A stretch of 64,000 bases of DNA, taken from the NCBI GenBank assembly GCA_963833225.1, contig CAWHXD010000006.1:310846-374845 (forward strand), read 5' to 3'. The notes under the pieces were generated by a model. The model ran no database searches, was not told the origin of the DNA, and worked only from the letters and a program-made list of their open reading frames with translations. A program made the translations under genes and the position numbers. Of the stretch, positions 1 through 11,109 are shown piece by piece (the first letter of the stretch is position 1; every line of letters begins with the position of its first letter). This DNA is from an uncultured Chloroflexia bacterium (lineage in GTDB: Bacteria; Chloroflexota; Limnocylindria; Limnocylindrales; CSP1-4).

Positions 1-3000
1 TGCCCGGATCGCCCATCGCGCACCGCCGCGCCGCCCCGCTTGCCGTCGCGGCGCTCGCCGCCTCGTTGCTGGCCGGTCTGCTGCCGCTCACGGCGGCCGC
101 CTCTGGACCTGACCCGGAGGCCGGCCCGGTTGCGCAGCCGTCGATCGCCTACCTCGAGGCCATGGCCCACGAGCAGGACCAGATCGAGTTCGATCCGGGC
201 AGCCTCGTCACCGTCCCGTTCACGCCCCGCGTCGACGACCGCTGGCCAGTCGACGGCCGTCGCCCGGTCGCCCTGCCCGCGGGCCGGATGACCGGTCGCG
301 AGATGGTGTCCGCCCCCAATCCGGTGCCCTGGGCGGCGATTGGCCCGCGCGGCCGGGCGGGGGATCCCGTTCCACAGCCCGGGGCCGCGGCCCACGACGC
401 TCCCGTTGATCGTGCCGCGGGTGACCCGGCGGTCGCGGCGCAGGGTGCCGTGTTCGTCAACCCTGCCGAAGCCCCGCTCGGATCTCGCGGCCGCGTCCGG
501 GCTGCGCCGCCAGGTGTTCGGGTTCCTGCCGTACTGGGAGCTCTCCGGGGCACAGTCGAGCCTGAACTACGACGTGCTCTCGACCATCGCGTACTTCTCC
601 GTGGGTGCCAACGCCCGGGGTGACCTCCGCAAGCGGAGCAACGACGGCTCGACCACCACCGGGCTGGGGCGGCTGGACGAGCTCGTCCATGACCCGCGTG
701 ATTGACGAGGCGCACCGGCACGGGACGCGGGTCGTGCTCACGATCTCCGTGTTCGCCTGGACCTCCAGCCAGGCCGACGTCCAGCGCTCGATCCTGGGCA
801 GCGCGACGGCCCGCCGGAACCTCGCCCGCCAGGCCGCCGCCGCCGTCCGGGACCGCGGCGCCGACGGCATCAACCTCGACTTCGAGCCGCTCGCCTCAGG
901 CTACGCCGACGAGTTCGTGGCCTTCCTCCGGACCCTGCGCGCCGAGCTCAACAAGGTCCGCAAGGGGTATCAGCTCACGTACGACACGACCGGCTTCATC
1001 GGCAACTACCCGCTGGAGGACTCCGTCGGATCGGGCGCCGCCGACGCCATCTTCGTGATGGGCTATGACTACCGGACGGCCGGCTCGTCGAGCGCGGGCT
1101 CCATCGACCCGCTCAGCGGGCCGCGGTACGACCTTACCGACACCGTCCGTGCCTACACCGCCCGGGTCCCGTCGTCGCGGCTGATCCTCGGTCTCCCCTG
1201 GTACGGGCGAGCCTGGTCCACCACCACCGAGTGACGTCCGCTCGAAGACCCGGACGGGGGCCAAGTACGGCTACAGCACGGCCGTCACCTACGAGAACCT
1301 GCCGGGCCTGATCGCCGACTACGGTCGTCGATGGGATCCGGTCGAGCAGAGCCCGTACGTCGCGTACCGCCGGGAGAACTGCACCAGCACCAACGGCTGC
1401 GTGACCAGCTGGCGCCAGGTCTACTACGACGACAAGGCCTCGCTCAAGGCGCGCCTCTCGATGGTCAACGACTACGGGCTGCGGGGTGCCGGCATGTGGG
1501 CGCTCGGGTACGACGGCGGGCACAGCGAGCTCTACCGGGCGTTTGCCGAGTCCTTCCTCGTCGACAAGTCCGCGCCGCAGGCGGGGATCCGGATCCTTGC
1601 CAGGACGCAGCGTGACGAGGGGTTCGTGGTCAGCTGGGCCGCGACCGACACCAGCCGCATCGTCTCCTACGACGTGCAGGTGTCGAGAAACGGCGGGGGA
1701 TGGGTGAGCTGGCTGACGGGCACCAGGGCGACCTCCGATGTCTGGCTGGGCGCGTCCGGCGACGGCTATGCGTTCCGGGTTCGTGCCCGCGACAGCAAGG
1801 GCAACACGGGCAGCTGGAACGTGTCCTCCACCTGGGACGGCGCGCCGGCCCTGGCTAGGGGTGGGTTTGGGCGCGTCACGCTCGACGGCCTCTCGTACCG
1901 GACCGGCCCGGACACCTCGGCTGGACGGCTGGGCAGGCTCGACGCCGGCACGATCGTCGCCATCACCCGCGGTCCCGTGACCTCCGATGGGTACACCTGG
2001 TACGAGGTCACCACCCCGATCCGGGAGTGGAGCCCCGTCACCTTCGTCGAGCGCGGCGTGTGGATCGCCGTGGCCTCTTCCAGGGACACGTTCGTCGCCC
2101 CCTACCGCGCCCCCAACAGCACCACCGTGGACGCGGGCCTCGCCGGCCTCGACTTCGGGACCGGGCCAACGGCCCTGGGCACCGCGCCCGACGCTCTCGC
2201 ACGACGCGTCTTCTCCCCGAATGGCGATGGCTCGGGAGACACGATCCGGCTGCGCTGGACGAGCTCGACCGCGATGGATGCCCTGGTCGTGAACGTGATG
2301 CGGCCCGGTGGGAAGCAGGTCGGATCGGTCAAGGTGCCGGTCACCGGCGCCGGCGCGCGCGCCTGGGAATGGGACGGCCGCGTGGGCGGCTCGCGCGTGG
2401 CAGATGGCCGCTACGTCCTCCAACTGGCCGGGCGGGTGGGTAGCCGGACGTACACCGCCCCGTCAATCCGCCCGACCACCGCCGTCCAGGTCGTGCGCTA
2501 CGCGGTGACGGTGGACACGGTTGCGCCCGTCCTGACCTCGAAGTCCGTGTCGACCAGGCTCATCTCGCCCAACGGCGACGGGACGCTCGATTCGACGAAG
2601 CTGACCCTGGCGGCGACCGGCGCCACGCGCTGGACCGCGCGCGTCACCGACGCGGCCGGCAGGACAGTCCGGTCGAGATCCGGCGCGGGCGGCAGCGCGC
2701 GGCTGACCTGGAAGGGCACCGACAACGCTGGCGCGCTGCTCCCCGACGGGCGCTACACCGCGACCCTGGCCGCGTGGGACGATGCCGGCAATGCCGCGAC
2801 GAGGTCCTGGACCATCACCCTGGACACGACGGGGCCCCGGATCAGCGCCGGTCGTCTCCCTGCCGGTCTTCTCGCCCAACGGCGACGGCGTGTCGGACCG
2901 CTCGCTCCTCGGCTGGACGGCCGACGAGCCCGGCAGCGGCACGGTCCGGCTGAAGAAGGGCTCCACGGTGGTCCGCACCTGGCACGTGTCGGCGGCGACG

Positions 3001-3726
3001 TCGTGGTCGGTCGCCTGGGATGGCCGCCGCGCCGACGGCTCCCGCGTTCCCGATGGGCGATATACCGTCCGCGTGCGGCTGCTGGACGCGGCCGGCAACA
3101 AGCGCACGGCCAAGACGACCGTGATCGTCGATCGAACCGCCTCGTCGCTGCGCTGGTCGTCGGACTTCTACCCGCAGGACGGCGATGCGTTGCGCCCGAC
3201 GGCGAAGCTTGGCTGGCGCCTGACCCGCGACGCGACCATGACCCTGCGCCTGTACGACGAGCGGGGTGCGCTCGTCCGGACCGTGTGGACCGATCGAGCG
3301 AAGAAGGCCGGGACGCGCGGCTGGACGTGGAACGGGCGTTTGGCGGATGGGACCTTCGTCCCGCAGGGCCGCTACACGGCACGGCTCACCGTGACCTCGT
3401 CGCTCGCGACGCAGGACCTGACCCAGACCGTCCTCGTCGCTGGGTTCCTGGTCGCGCCCTCGGCCTCGAAGGTCTACCCGGGCCAGACGCTCACCATTCG
3501 CGCAGCGTCCGTTGAACCGCTCGACGGCCGGCCCGTGGTCACCTTCAAGCAGCCCGGGCTGGCAGCGGTCCGGGTCACCGCCACCCGGCTCGCCAACGGC
3601 ACCTATCGCGCCGTGTTCACCGTCAGGTCGGGCTCGACCGGGGACGCGAAGGTGAAGGTGAGCGCGACGGACAGTGGCAGTGGGTACAACACGACGCTGA
3701 TCACGGTGCGAGTCGGCGCGCGCTGA
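1..3726 (+). CDS. Secreted multidomain glycoside hydrolase: GH18 catalytic domain + Fn3 + SH3b-like + repeated FlgD-Ig-like domains (5' partial; split by ~4 frameshifts)
   Basis: Joins ORF pieces 66-623, 340-705, 605-1234, 1401-3515 and 2782-3726. Signal-peptide-like start, QVFGFLPYW, GH18 motif DGINLDFE, VMGYDY, GLPWYG, GAGMWALGYD, SH3-like LSYRTGPDT..GYTWYEV, repeated FSPNGDG/WDG..DGRY units. Frame switches near 478, 665, 1232, 2850. Confidence 0.8.
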
Positions 3727-3784
3727 CCGCCGTACGCCGATCACGCCCGACGGCACTCCACCGTCCTCGTACACTGGTCCCGAG

Positions 3785-4611
3785 ATGCGCGAGCCCGTCG
3801 ATCCCCAGGACGCCCGGGACCCGGCCGCCGCCGCGACCGCGGCCGCACGGTCGTCGGCCGGCGTGCCCCCCTGGGTGCCGGCGCCTGGGTCATCCTGCCG
3901 ACGTACGACGAGCGCGAGAACCTTGAGGGGATCTCGGCCGCCATCCTCGAAGCGCTTCCGGGAGCCACCCTGCTGGTCGTCGACGACGCGTCGCCCGACG
4001 GCACCGGCGAGATCGCCGAAGCGCTCGCGGCCGCCGACCCGCGGGTCATGGTCCATCACCGGCCCGGCAAGCAGGGCCTGGGCCGGGCGTACCTCGACGG
4101 CTTCGGCGTCGCGCTTGGCGCCGGCGCGGCCGCCGTGATCCAGATGGATGCCGACTGGTCGCACGACCCGGCGGCCCTGCCCGCACTCCTTGAGCCCGTC
4201 ACGGCGGGCCGTGCGGATCTCGTCATCGGCTCTCGCTACGTTGCCGGCGGTGGGGTCGAGGACTGGGGCATCATGCGCCGGTTCATCTCACGCGGCGGCT
4301 CGACGTTCGCCCGGATCGTGCTCGGGCTCGGCCCGCGCGACCTGACCGGCGGGTTCAAGGCCTGGCGGGCGGCGACGCTGGCCACGGTCCCGTTCGACGG
4401 AGTGCGGGCGGGCGGGTACGTGTTCCAGATCGAGATGACCTACCGGGCGTCGCGTCTGGGGGCGCGTGTGGCGGAGGTGCCGATCACGTTCCGGGATCGC
4501 CGGCTCGGCCAGTCCAAGATGAGCCGGCGGATCATTGTCGAGGCGCTGTTCGTGGTGCTCCGCCTGCGCCTGGACGAGCTGCGCGGCCGCGGACCCGCCC
4601 GGCCGGCATGA
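3785..4611 (+). CDS. Polyprenol monophosphomannose synthase (GT2, DPM1-like); possible frameshift near 3870
   Basis: The frame of ORF 4048-4611 extends upstream as WVILPTYDERENL..VVDDASPDGTG; also QMDADWSH, GSRY, DLTGGFKAW, GYVFQIE. Confidence 0.88.
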
Positions 4612-5933
4612 CGGCGGATCGCGCGGTGGCCGGTGATGCCGGGCAGGGCGCGATGGCCCGTGATGCCAGTCCCGCCGTCTGGAGGCCGGGGGCCGCCGCC
4701 GATCAGCGAGAGGCGGCACGCGGAGTGCGCATCGTCCTCGACGCCCGGCCGCTGCAGGATCCCGAGCGCGCCCCGCTGACCGCGATCTACCTGGGCGAGC
4801 TGCTGACCGCGCTGGACGCCGATCCGGTCCCCGGTGAGTCCTACGCGTTCCTGATCTCCGTGGACCGTGATGACCCCACCGAGCGCCTCGCGAATCTCGA
4901 GGTCATCGGCCGCCGCCTCCTGCCACCCACGCGTCTGCTCCGGTCCGGGTCGTTGACCGTGGACCCGCTGCTCCTGCGGGGTGCATCGGCGGGTGCCGGC
5001 TGGCGGGCGGAGCGTGGGGGCGCCGCCGGGAGCGTCTACCACGCCGCCGCGGGGGGCCTGCCGATCGCGTCCCGGATCCCGGTGGTCGCGGCATTGCTGG
5101 ACCTGGCGCCGTGGGCCATGCCAGATGCCTTCCAGCGCGGCGCGGCGGCCCGGTTCGGCCAACGGCTCCGCGCCCGGATCCTCAAGGATGCGGCGGCCGT
5201 GCTGGTCCCGGGCGCCGCCGCGGCCACGGACGCCCGCAGGCTGCTCCACCTCCGCCGCAGCCGGCTGCGCGTGGTGCCGCTTGCCCCGCGATCGGCGTTC
5301 CGGCCCCAGGCCCGAGCCGACTCGCTCGGCGAGCGCACGCGGCTGGGTCTCGGGGCCCGCTACGCCGTCTACACGGGCCGGTACGACGCCCGCCAGGACC
5401 TGCCAACGCTCCTCGACGCTCTCGCCCGGCTCGCTGCTGCCCCCGCCCCCGACGGCGTCCCCGCGGGCGCCTGGCCGCCGAGGGTGTGCCTCGTCGGTGC
5501 TTCACCCGACGACCGGGCCGCGCTGTCGCGAGCTGCCGGGCGGGCCGGCGCGGCCGAGCTCATCGTCTACGCCCCCGCGCTCCCCGATGAACGGCTGGCC
5601 GCGTTGGTCGCCGGAGCCCGCGTCGCGCTGCTCCCCGTCCACTCCGATTCGGCCGGCCTGGCGGCCCTCGAGGCGCTCGCCGTCGGGGTGCCCGTCATCG
5701 CGAGCGCGGTCGGGACGTTGCCCGAGATCGTCGGCTCGGCCGGCATCCTCGTCGAACCCGGCGACCCGGGGCGCCTGGCGACCGCGATCGCAGCTGCGTG
5801 GGGGGAGGCGGATCCGTATCCGGGTCTCGTGATCGCCGCCGGCGAAGGCGCCGGCGGCCGCACTTGGGCGAACGTGGCGCGCGAGACCCGCGCCGTGTGG
5901 GCGGAGGTGGCCCGGACGGCCCCGCTCCTGTAG
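4608..5933 (+). CDS. Glycosyltransferase family 4 (GT-B)
   Basis: GT4-like C-terminal GLAALEALAVGVPVIASAVGTLPEIVG; ATGA overlap with the upstream GT2. Confidence 0.8.
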   Translation: MTADRAVAGDAGQGAMARDASPAVWRPGAAADQREAARGVRIVLDARPLQDPERAPLTAIYLGELLTALDADPVPGESYAFLISVDRDDPTERLANLEVIGRRLLPPTRLLRSGSLTVDPLLLRGASAGAGWRAERGGAAGSVYHAAAGGLPIASRIPVVAALLDLAPWAMPDAFQRGAAARFGQRLRARILKDAAAVLVPGAAAATDARRLLHLRRSRLRVVPLAPRSAFRPQARADSLGERTRLGLGARYAVYTGRYDARQDLPTLLDALARLAAAPAPDGVPAGAWPPRVCLVGASPDDRAALSRAAGRAGAAELIVYAPALPDERLAALVAGARVALLPVHSDSAGLAALEALAVGVPVIASAVGTLPEIVGSAGILVEPGDPGRLATAIAAAWGEADPYPGLVIAAGEGAGGRTWANVARETRAVWAEVARTAPLL

Positions 5934-6041
5934 CGGGCAACCACTCCTGTAGCGGGCGGTTGCCGCTGGCGGGCGGTCTGCCCGTCCGGCAAGGATCTGG
6001 GCGCCCGACGACCCCCCCGCCGCCCGGCAACCCGGGAGCGA

Positions 6042-8159
6042 CTACCGCGGCTCGTCCCCGATCGGCAGGGCCGGACCGAGCCAGCCGGCGAGCGCGGAGG
6101 CGAACGGGCCCGCCATGTGGTGGTAGTCGCGGAACACCAGGAACTTGCCGATCACCGCGGGACACGGACTCGAGGGACAGACCCAGGAGGTCGGGTCCAC
6201 GAAATCGGCCTGGCCCAGCTCGGCCACCTCGCGCTCAAGCTCGGTCCACCCTGCGTCGACTGCCCTGTCGAACGGCGTCGCGCACTCGAGCACGTCGTCC
6301 TCGTGCGCCGACACGCAGCTCGGCAGGTCGAACGCCGATTGAGGCGTGTCGCCGAGGACGACGACGTGGTCCGCGATGGGCGCGAGGCGAGCGAGCGTCC
6401 GGGCCATGCCGGCGCGCCAGCGATCGATCCGGTCGGTTCCGGTCGCCGGTGCCGACCCGTCGGCGTTTGCCGCCTTGAACCCCCGGTAGCCCGCCACGAT
6501 CACCATGGCCGGTCGCTCCTGTGCGATCCGCTGGAACGCGGCTTCCCGCCACGAGGCACATTCGACGTACTCGCGGTTGAGGGCCTTGTCCCACATGGCC
6601 ATGTCGGCCGGCTGGCAGCCGACCTTCCCCAGCATCACGAGCTTCCACGAATGGTCCGTTGCCAGGCGCTCGACGGCAGGGAACCATGCCAGCCCGTGGC
6701 TGTCCCCCAGCAGGACGACGGTCGTTGGTGACTGCTCGTCGCCGTAGACGCAGGGGGCCACCACGGTCTCGGCGCGATCAGCCTCACATCCATCCGTGTA
6801 GGGCCGCGGCACGCTCCTCCGGGCGACATCGAGGGCGGGTCGCAGCCCGGGCGGCAGCGGACCTGCCTGCGTGGCCGGCCGTCCCGGCGCCGCGGCGAGG
6901 ATCTGGTTGAGCTCCGCCTCATCGTCCGCAAGCGAGGTGATCGCGCCGCTTCCGTGGAGCGCGATCGTCGTCTGGGCACCCACGCCCAGCGACACCGTCG
7001 CCACGACGAGCGACAACGCCCCCGCCATCGCGAGGTTTCGCCGCGGCACCGTGCCGATCCCGCGTCCGTGGCGGATGGGATCCTCGACCCAGCGCTGGGT
7101 GACGGCCGCGAGGCCGATCGCGACCAGGACGAGGGCCCCTCGGGCCCACCAGGGAAGCCGCGTGTCGAGGGCGAACGCGGGCAGGATCAGCAGTGGCCAG
7201 TGCCAGAGATACAGCGAGTACGAGATCCGACCGAGGAAGCGCGGGATCGCCATCGAGAGCCAGCGTCCGGGAGCCAGGGCGGTCTGCCTGAAGCCGCCCG
7301 CGATCACCAGGGCGCTCCCGATGGTCGGCAGGAGAGCGGCGACGCCCGGGAATGGCGTCTCGGTGCCCAGGATGACGCCCGAGATGGCAACCATGGCGAG
7401 GCCAGCCCACGCGGCGATCGCGGCGGGTAGCTCGGGGATCCGGCGGAGCCGCGCCGCGCTGATCGCGAGACAGGCGCCCAGCCCAAGCTCCCAGGCCCGG
7501 GTGGGCAGGGAGAAGAATGCCCACGGCTCGTTGGCATGGGTGAGCCAGATCGAGAGCGCGAGCGAGACCACGGTGATGCCCACCGCGACGATCCCGATGC
7601 GCCGGTCGAAGTTGCCTCGAACCCTCGCGACCAGGAGGACGATCGCGGGCCAGAACACATAGAACTGCTCTTCGACGCTCAGCGACCAGAAGTGGAGGAT
7701 CGGCGACGGAGCCAGGTCCGACTGGAGATAGTCCGTCGCCTGGAAGGCGAAGCGCAGGTTGGACACGTAGAGCGCGGCGGACGCGGCATCCCCTGCCACA
7801 TCCGGCACGCTCAGCGCCGGCATCACGAGCACCGCGGCAATGAGCGTGGCCAGGAGCACGAGGGCCGCCGCGGGCAGCAGACGCCGCGCGCGCCGCGCAT
7901 AGAAGGCCGGCAACGAGATGCGACCGGTGCGCCGGACCTCGCGCAACAGGAGCCCGGTGATCAGGAACCCAGACAGGACGAAGAACACGTCCACGCCGAC
8001 GTAGCCGCCAGCAAACCCGGGAACGGACGCGTGGTAGAGAAGGACGAGGACGACCGCGACAGCGCGAAGGCCCTCAAGATCCGGGCGGAAGCCTTCGGTC
8101 GGATCTCCGGGGCGAGGGCTCGTTTCGGTCAAGAAGGCGCTGGCCTCCAGCTTCGACAT
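6042..8159 (-). CDS. Acyltransferase family 3 fused to SGNH domain (OafA/OatA-like O-acetyltransferase)
   Basis: FRPDLEGLRAVAV, GVDVFFVLSGFLIT, HFWSLSVEEQFY, SYSLYLWHWP; C-terminal GDSH and DYHH SGNH motifs. Confidence 0.92.
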   Translation of the reverse strand: MSKLEASAFLTETSPRPGDPTEGFRPDLEGLRAVAVVLVLLYHASVPGFAGGYVGVDVFFVLSGFLITGLLLREVRRTGRISLPAFYARRARRLLPAAALVLLATLIAAVLVMPALSVPDVAGDAASAALYVSNLRFAFQATDYLQSDLAPSPILHFWSLSVEEQFYVFWPAIVLLVARVRGNFDRRIGIVAVGITVVSLALSIWLTHANEPWAFFSLPTRAWELGLGACLAISAARLRRIPELPAAIAAWAGLAMVAISGVILGTETPFPGVAALLPTIGSALVIAGGFRQTALAPGRWLSMAIPRFLGRISYSLYLWHWPLLILPAFALDTRLPWWARGALVLVAIGLAAVTQRWVEDPIRHGRGIGTVPRRNLAMAGALSLVVATVSLGVGAQTTIALHGSGAITSLADDEAELNQILAAAPGRPATQAGPLPPGLRPALDVARRSVPRPYTDGCEADRAETVVAPCVYGDEQSPTTVVLLGDSHGLAWFPAVERLATDHSWKLVMLGKVGCQPADMAMWDKALNREYVECASWREAAFQRIAQERPAMVIVAGYRGFKAANADGSAPATGTDRIDRWRAGMARTLARLAPIADHVVVLGDTPQSAFDLPSCVSAHEDDVLECATPFDRAVDAGWTELEREVAELGQADFVDPTSWVCPSSPCPAVIGKFLVFRDYHHMAGPFASALAGWLGPALPIGDEPR

Positions 8160-8228
8160 CCGGCCTCGCGCCGGAGGGCACCCCGGCCTCGAGTATATGT
8201 CGGCTCCGGATCTGGCCCCCCCAGCCCC

Positions 8229-9407
8229 CTAGGCGACCGGGACCTTGCCGTCCTTGACGGTGATCACCGTGGACTTGATGACAACCTGGATGAAGGTCTG
8301 CCCGATCGTGAGCGTGACCTGCTTGCCGTCGGGTCCGAAGAAGCGCGTCGGCGAGTCGAAGCTCTTCTTCTTCCAGGTGCCCTTGATGGTGATGCCGTTG
8401 GTCGCGATCCAGGCCGGCCCGGTCCCCGTGATGTGCCCGTCGAGGCGATGCTTCTTGTCGCCGATCGGGACGAACGCGACCTTCATGATGACCACGTTCT
8501 TGGGCGCGATCCGGGTCTTGGGCTTCGTCCCGACGTCATACTGCTTGCCCTCGACCGAGACCGAGCGCCTGTAGGTGTTGGTGGCCCGGTCGTACTTGTA
8601 GGTGATCTTGTTCCAGGTGTACGGGACCTTGATGGTCCCGCCCTCGGGTCGCAGCTCGAGGGGCGCGTCCGGGGCGAAGTTCCACACCGGCTTCTGGTCC
8701 TTCACCGGCTTGGCGCCGACGGATTTCGGGATCTTCTTGACGTTCTTCTGGTCGCTGTAGAGGTTGTGCGGCGCCGTCCGGAACTTCACCCGGTACAGGA
8801 AGCGGCTCCAGTCCGCGTTGTACACGGCCTGGCCATGACCCTGCGCGCGCAGGAACGCGATCGCCTGTGGCGAGCCGCCCGCGTGCACGTACACCGACGT
8901 CCACTCTGACGCCCATCCGACGTAGTACAGCCGCGAGCTTCGCACCGGTCCGAGCCGGGTCGGGAACGTCGTCTGGAACAGGGCCATGTAGCGCGGGATG
9001 CCACCCTCCGCGGGGGCGTGCCACACGACATCGGCCTGGGACAGGCCCATCTGCGGCCGGGCCGCCCACAGGTCGTCGATCATGACCGCGATGACGGGAC
9101 GGCTCGCCACCTTCTCCGTGACCGGTGCGCCGGTGAGCGGCGCGGGAACCAGGACCGGCGTGGGCTCCGGCGTCGGGGTGGGGACGGGCGTTGGCGTCGG
9201 GGCGACCGACGGCGAGGCGGAGCCGGTTGGAGCCGTGGGCTGCGAGGTCCCGGCGGCGCCGGTGTCGGCCGGTGCGGGCGTGGGGCTGGCCACCGCGACC
9301 GGCGAGGAGGACGCGTTGGGCTGGGCCAGCGCTCCGGCCCCGATGCCCAGGGCCACCCCGATGACGAGGGCGAGGACGGCGAGGGTGGCGAGGACGGGTC
9401 GGCTCAT
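8229..9407 (-). CDS. DUF3048 family exported protein with Pro/Thr linker
   Basis: Start MSRPVLATL with signal/anchor; RPVIAVMIDD, ARPQMGLSQADVV, EGGIPRY, GPVRSSR, APHNLY. Confidence 0.85.
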   Translation of the reverse strand: MSRPVLATLAVLALVIGVALGIGAGALAQPNASSSPVAVASPTPAPADTGAAGTSQPTAPTGSASPSVAPTPTPVPTPTPEPTPVLVPAPLTGAPVTEKVASRPVIAVMIDDLWAARPQMGLSQADVVWHAPAEGGIPRYMALFQTTFPTRLGPVRSSRLYYVGWASEWTSVYVHAGGSPQAIAFLRAQGHGQAVYNADWSRFLYRVKFRTAPHNLYSDQKNVKKIPKSVGAKPVKDQKPVWNFAPDAPLELRPEGGTIKVPYTWNKITYKYDRATNTYRRSVSVEGKQYDVGTKPKTRIAPKNVVIMKVAFVPIGDKKHRLDGHITGTGPAWIATNGITIKGTWKKKSFDSPTRFFGPDGKQVTLTIGQTFIQVVIKSTVITVKDGKVPVA

Positions 9408-9574
9408 GAGGGCTCCGGTGCGGCAAGTCGCCTGGCGGTCGTTGGCCCCGCGGAACCCGGGCGGCGGCAGGGGCGACCGCCGGGACTCTACACCACGGGA
9501 CCTCCGGCCGTGGGCGCGGGCGGGTGAGTGGGGTAGGCTGCTTGGACTGCCGCGCCGCATGCTCGAGGACAACG

Positions 9575-10183
9575 ATGAACGAAGACACGCCCCCCGCCAC
9601 GAAGCGAACGCCCAGGAGGGCGGCACCGACCGCGCCGGCTGCCGATGCCTCGTTCGAGGCCGCCGAGGTCGCGGCCGCGCAGGAGGCGCAGGTGGAGATC
9701 GCCGCCCCGGCCGCCCCCGAGGGCGCCCGACTCGCGGACAGGATCGACGTCCCCGCTCTGCACATCGAGCGCGGTGGGATCAACGAGGCCACCGCCGGCT
9801 CCGTCGAGGTCCGGATGGGCGGGATCGGGACCCTCAACGCCGAGGAGGTCTTCGTCCAGTGGGGTGGCGTGGGCGCCGCCCGGGCCGAGAAGGTCGGGGT
9901 GGAGTTCGGCAGCGTGGGCGCCGCCCTTGCCGGCGAGCTCAACGTCAGCCAGGGGTTCGCGAACACCCTCGTCGCGCGCAGCGCAACGATCGAACAGGGG
10001 ATCGTCAGGACCGTCATCGCCCAGCGGGTGTCGTTCAGCCGGCCGTCCGCGGTGCTGGTGCTGATTGCCGCCAAGGTGGAGGGCGAGGTGCGGCCCCTGC
10101 TCGACTGGCGAGGCGCGCTGGCGGCCGGCGCGGCGTTCGGACTGATCTCCGTGATCGCGAAGGCGGTGCGCGGGCGCCGCTGA
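9575..10183 (+). CDS. Hypothetical protein with 15-residue beta-solenoid-like repeats and C-terminal hydrophobic helix
   Basis: GAGG Shine-Dalgarno before ATG 9575; periodic GGI/GGV..A..V repeats. Confidence 0.65.
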   Translation: MNEDTPPATKRTPRRAAPTAPAADASFEAAEVAAAQEAQVEIAAPAAPEGARLADRIDVPALHIERGGINEATAGSVEVRMGGIGTLNAEEVFVQWGGVGAARAEKVGVEFGSVGAALAGELNVSQGFANTLVARSATIEQGIVRTVIAQRVSFSRPSAVLVLIAAKVEGEVRPLLDWRGALAAGAAFGLISVIAKAVRGRR

Positions 10184-10206
10184 GGCGAACGGCCGGACCG
10201 CGCCGG

Positions 10207-11109
10207 CTAGCGCTGCCGCCGTCGTCGGCCGCGCCCGCGACCGGGGGCCTTGGGCTCCTTGCCCGCGGCGCCGAACACGCCGGCCGCCTTGGCAGCGGCG
10301 CGGCGCTCCGCGGATCGATCCTGGTGGAGCGCGACGACATCGGCCGGCGAGCCTTCGGCCACGATCCGGCCCTGCTCGATCAGCATCGCGTGGTTGCAGT
10401 ACTCGCGGACCCAGTTCATATCGTGGGTCACCAGCACGATCGCCTTGGCATCCCGCACCAGCTCCGCCACGCGCTGCTTGGACTTCTCGCGGAACGCCGC
10501 ATCGCCGGTCGAGAGGACCTCGTCGAGGATCAGGATGTCGGGCTCCACCGCGGTCGCGATCGCGAACCCGAGCCGCGCCCGCATGCCGGAGGAGTAGGTC
10601 TTGATCGGGACATCGATGAACTCACCGAGCTCGGCGTAGTCCACGATCTCGGGCAGCTTCTCCTCGACCACTTGGTGGTCGAGGCCCATGAACGCGCCGG
10701 CGAGCCGGATGTTGTCGATGCCGCTGAGATCCGCGTCGAACCCCACGCCGAGCGTGAGCAGGCTGGAGACGTGGCCGTCCACCTCCATCGAACCCTCGGA
10801 CGGCGTGATGATCCCGGCCATGACCTGCAGGAGCGTGCTCTTGCCCGCCCCGTTGGGCCCGATGACCCCCAGGGACTCACCGTGACGGACGCTGAACGAG
10901 ACGTCGCGCAAGGCCCAGAATGCCTTGCCCGTGTTCCGCCGGAGGCGCTGCGAGAGCGAGGCCCGCATGGTGGGCTTCTTGGTCAGCTGCAGCGTGTAGC
11001 GGACGCCCAGTCCGTCGGCCCGGATGGCGACCCGAGCGTCCGCCGCGGGCGCGGGGCGCGCCTGCGTGACCGACTCCTCGCCCGTCGCGAGCGTTTGCGA
11101 CTCGCTCAC
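10207..11109 (-). CDS. ABC transporter ATP-binding protein, Wzt/TagH-type polysaccharide export
   Basis: Walker A GPNGAGKST, YSSGMRARLGF signature, ILILDEVLSTGDAAFREK. Confidence 0.93.
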   Translation of the reverse strand: MSESQTLATGEESVTQARPAPAADARVAIRADGLGVRYTLQLTKKPTMRASLSQRLRRNTGKAFWALRDVSFSVRHGESLGVIGPNGAGKSTLLQVMAGIITPSEGSMEVDGHVSSLLTLGVGFDADLSGIDNIRLAGAFMGLDHQVVEEKLPEIVDYAELGEFIDVPIKTYSSGMRARLGFAIATAVEPDILILDEVLSTGDAAFREKSKQRVAELVRDAKAIVLVTHDMNWVREYCNHAMLIEQGRIVAEGSPADVVALHQDRSAERRAAAKAAGVFGAAGKEPKAPGRGRGRRRRQR

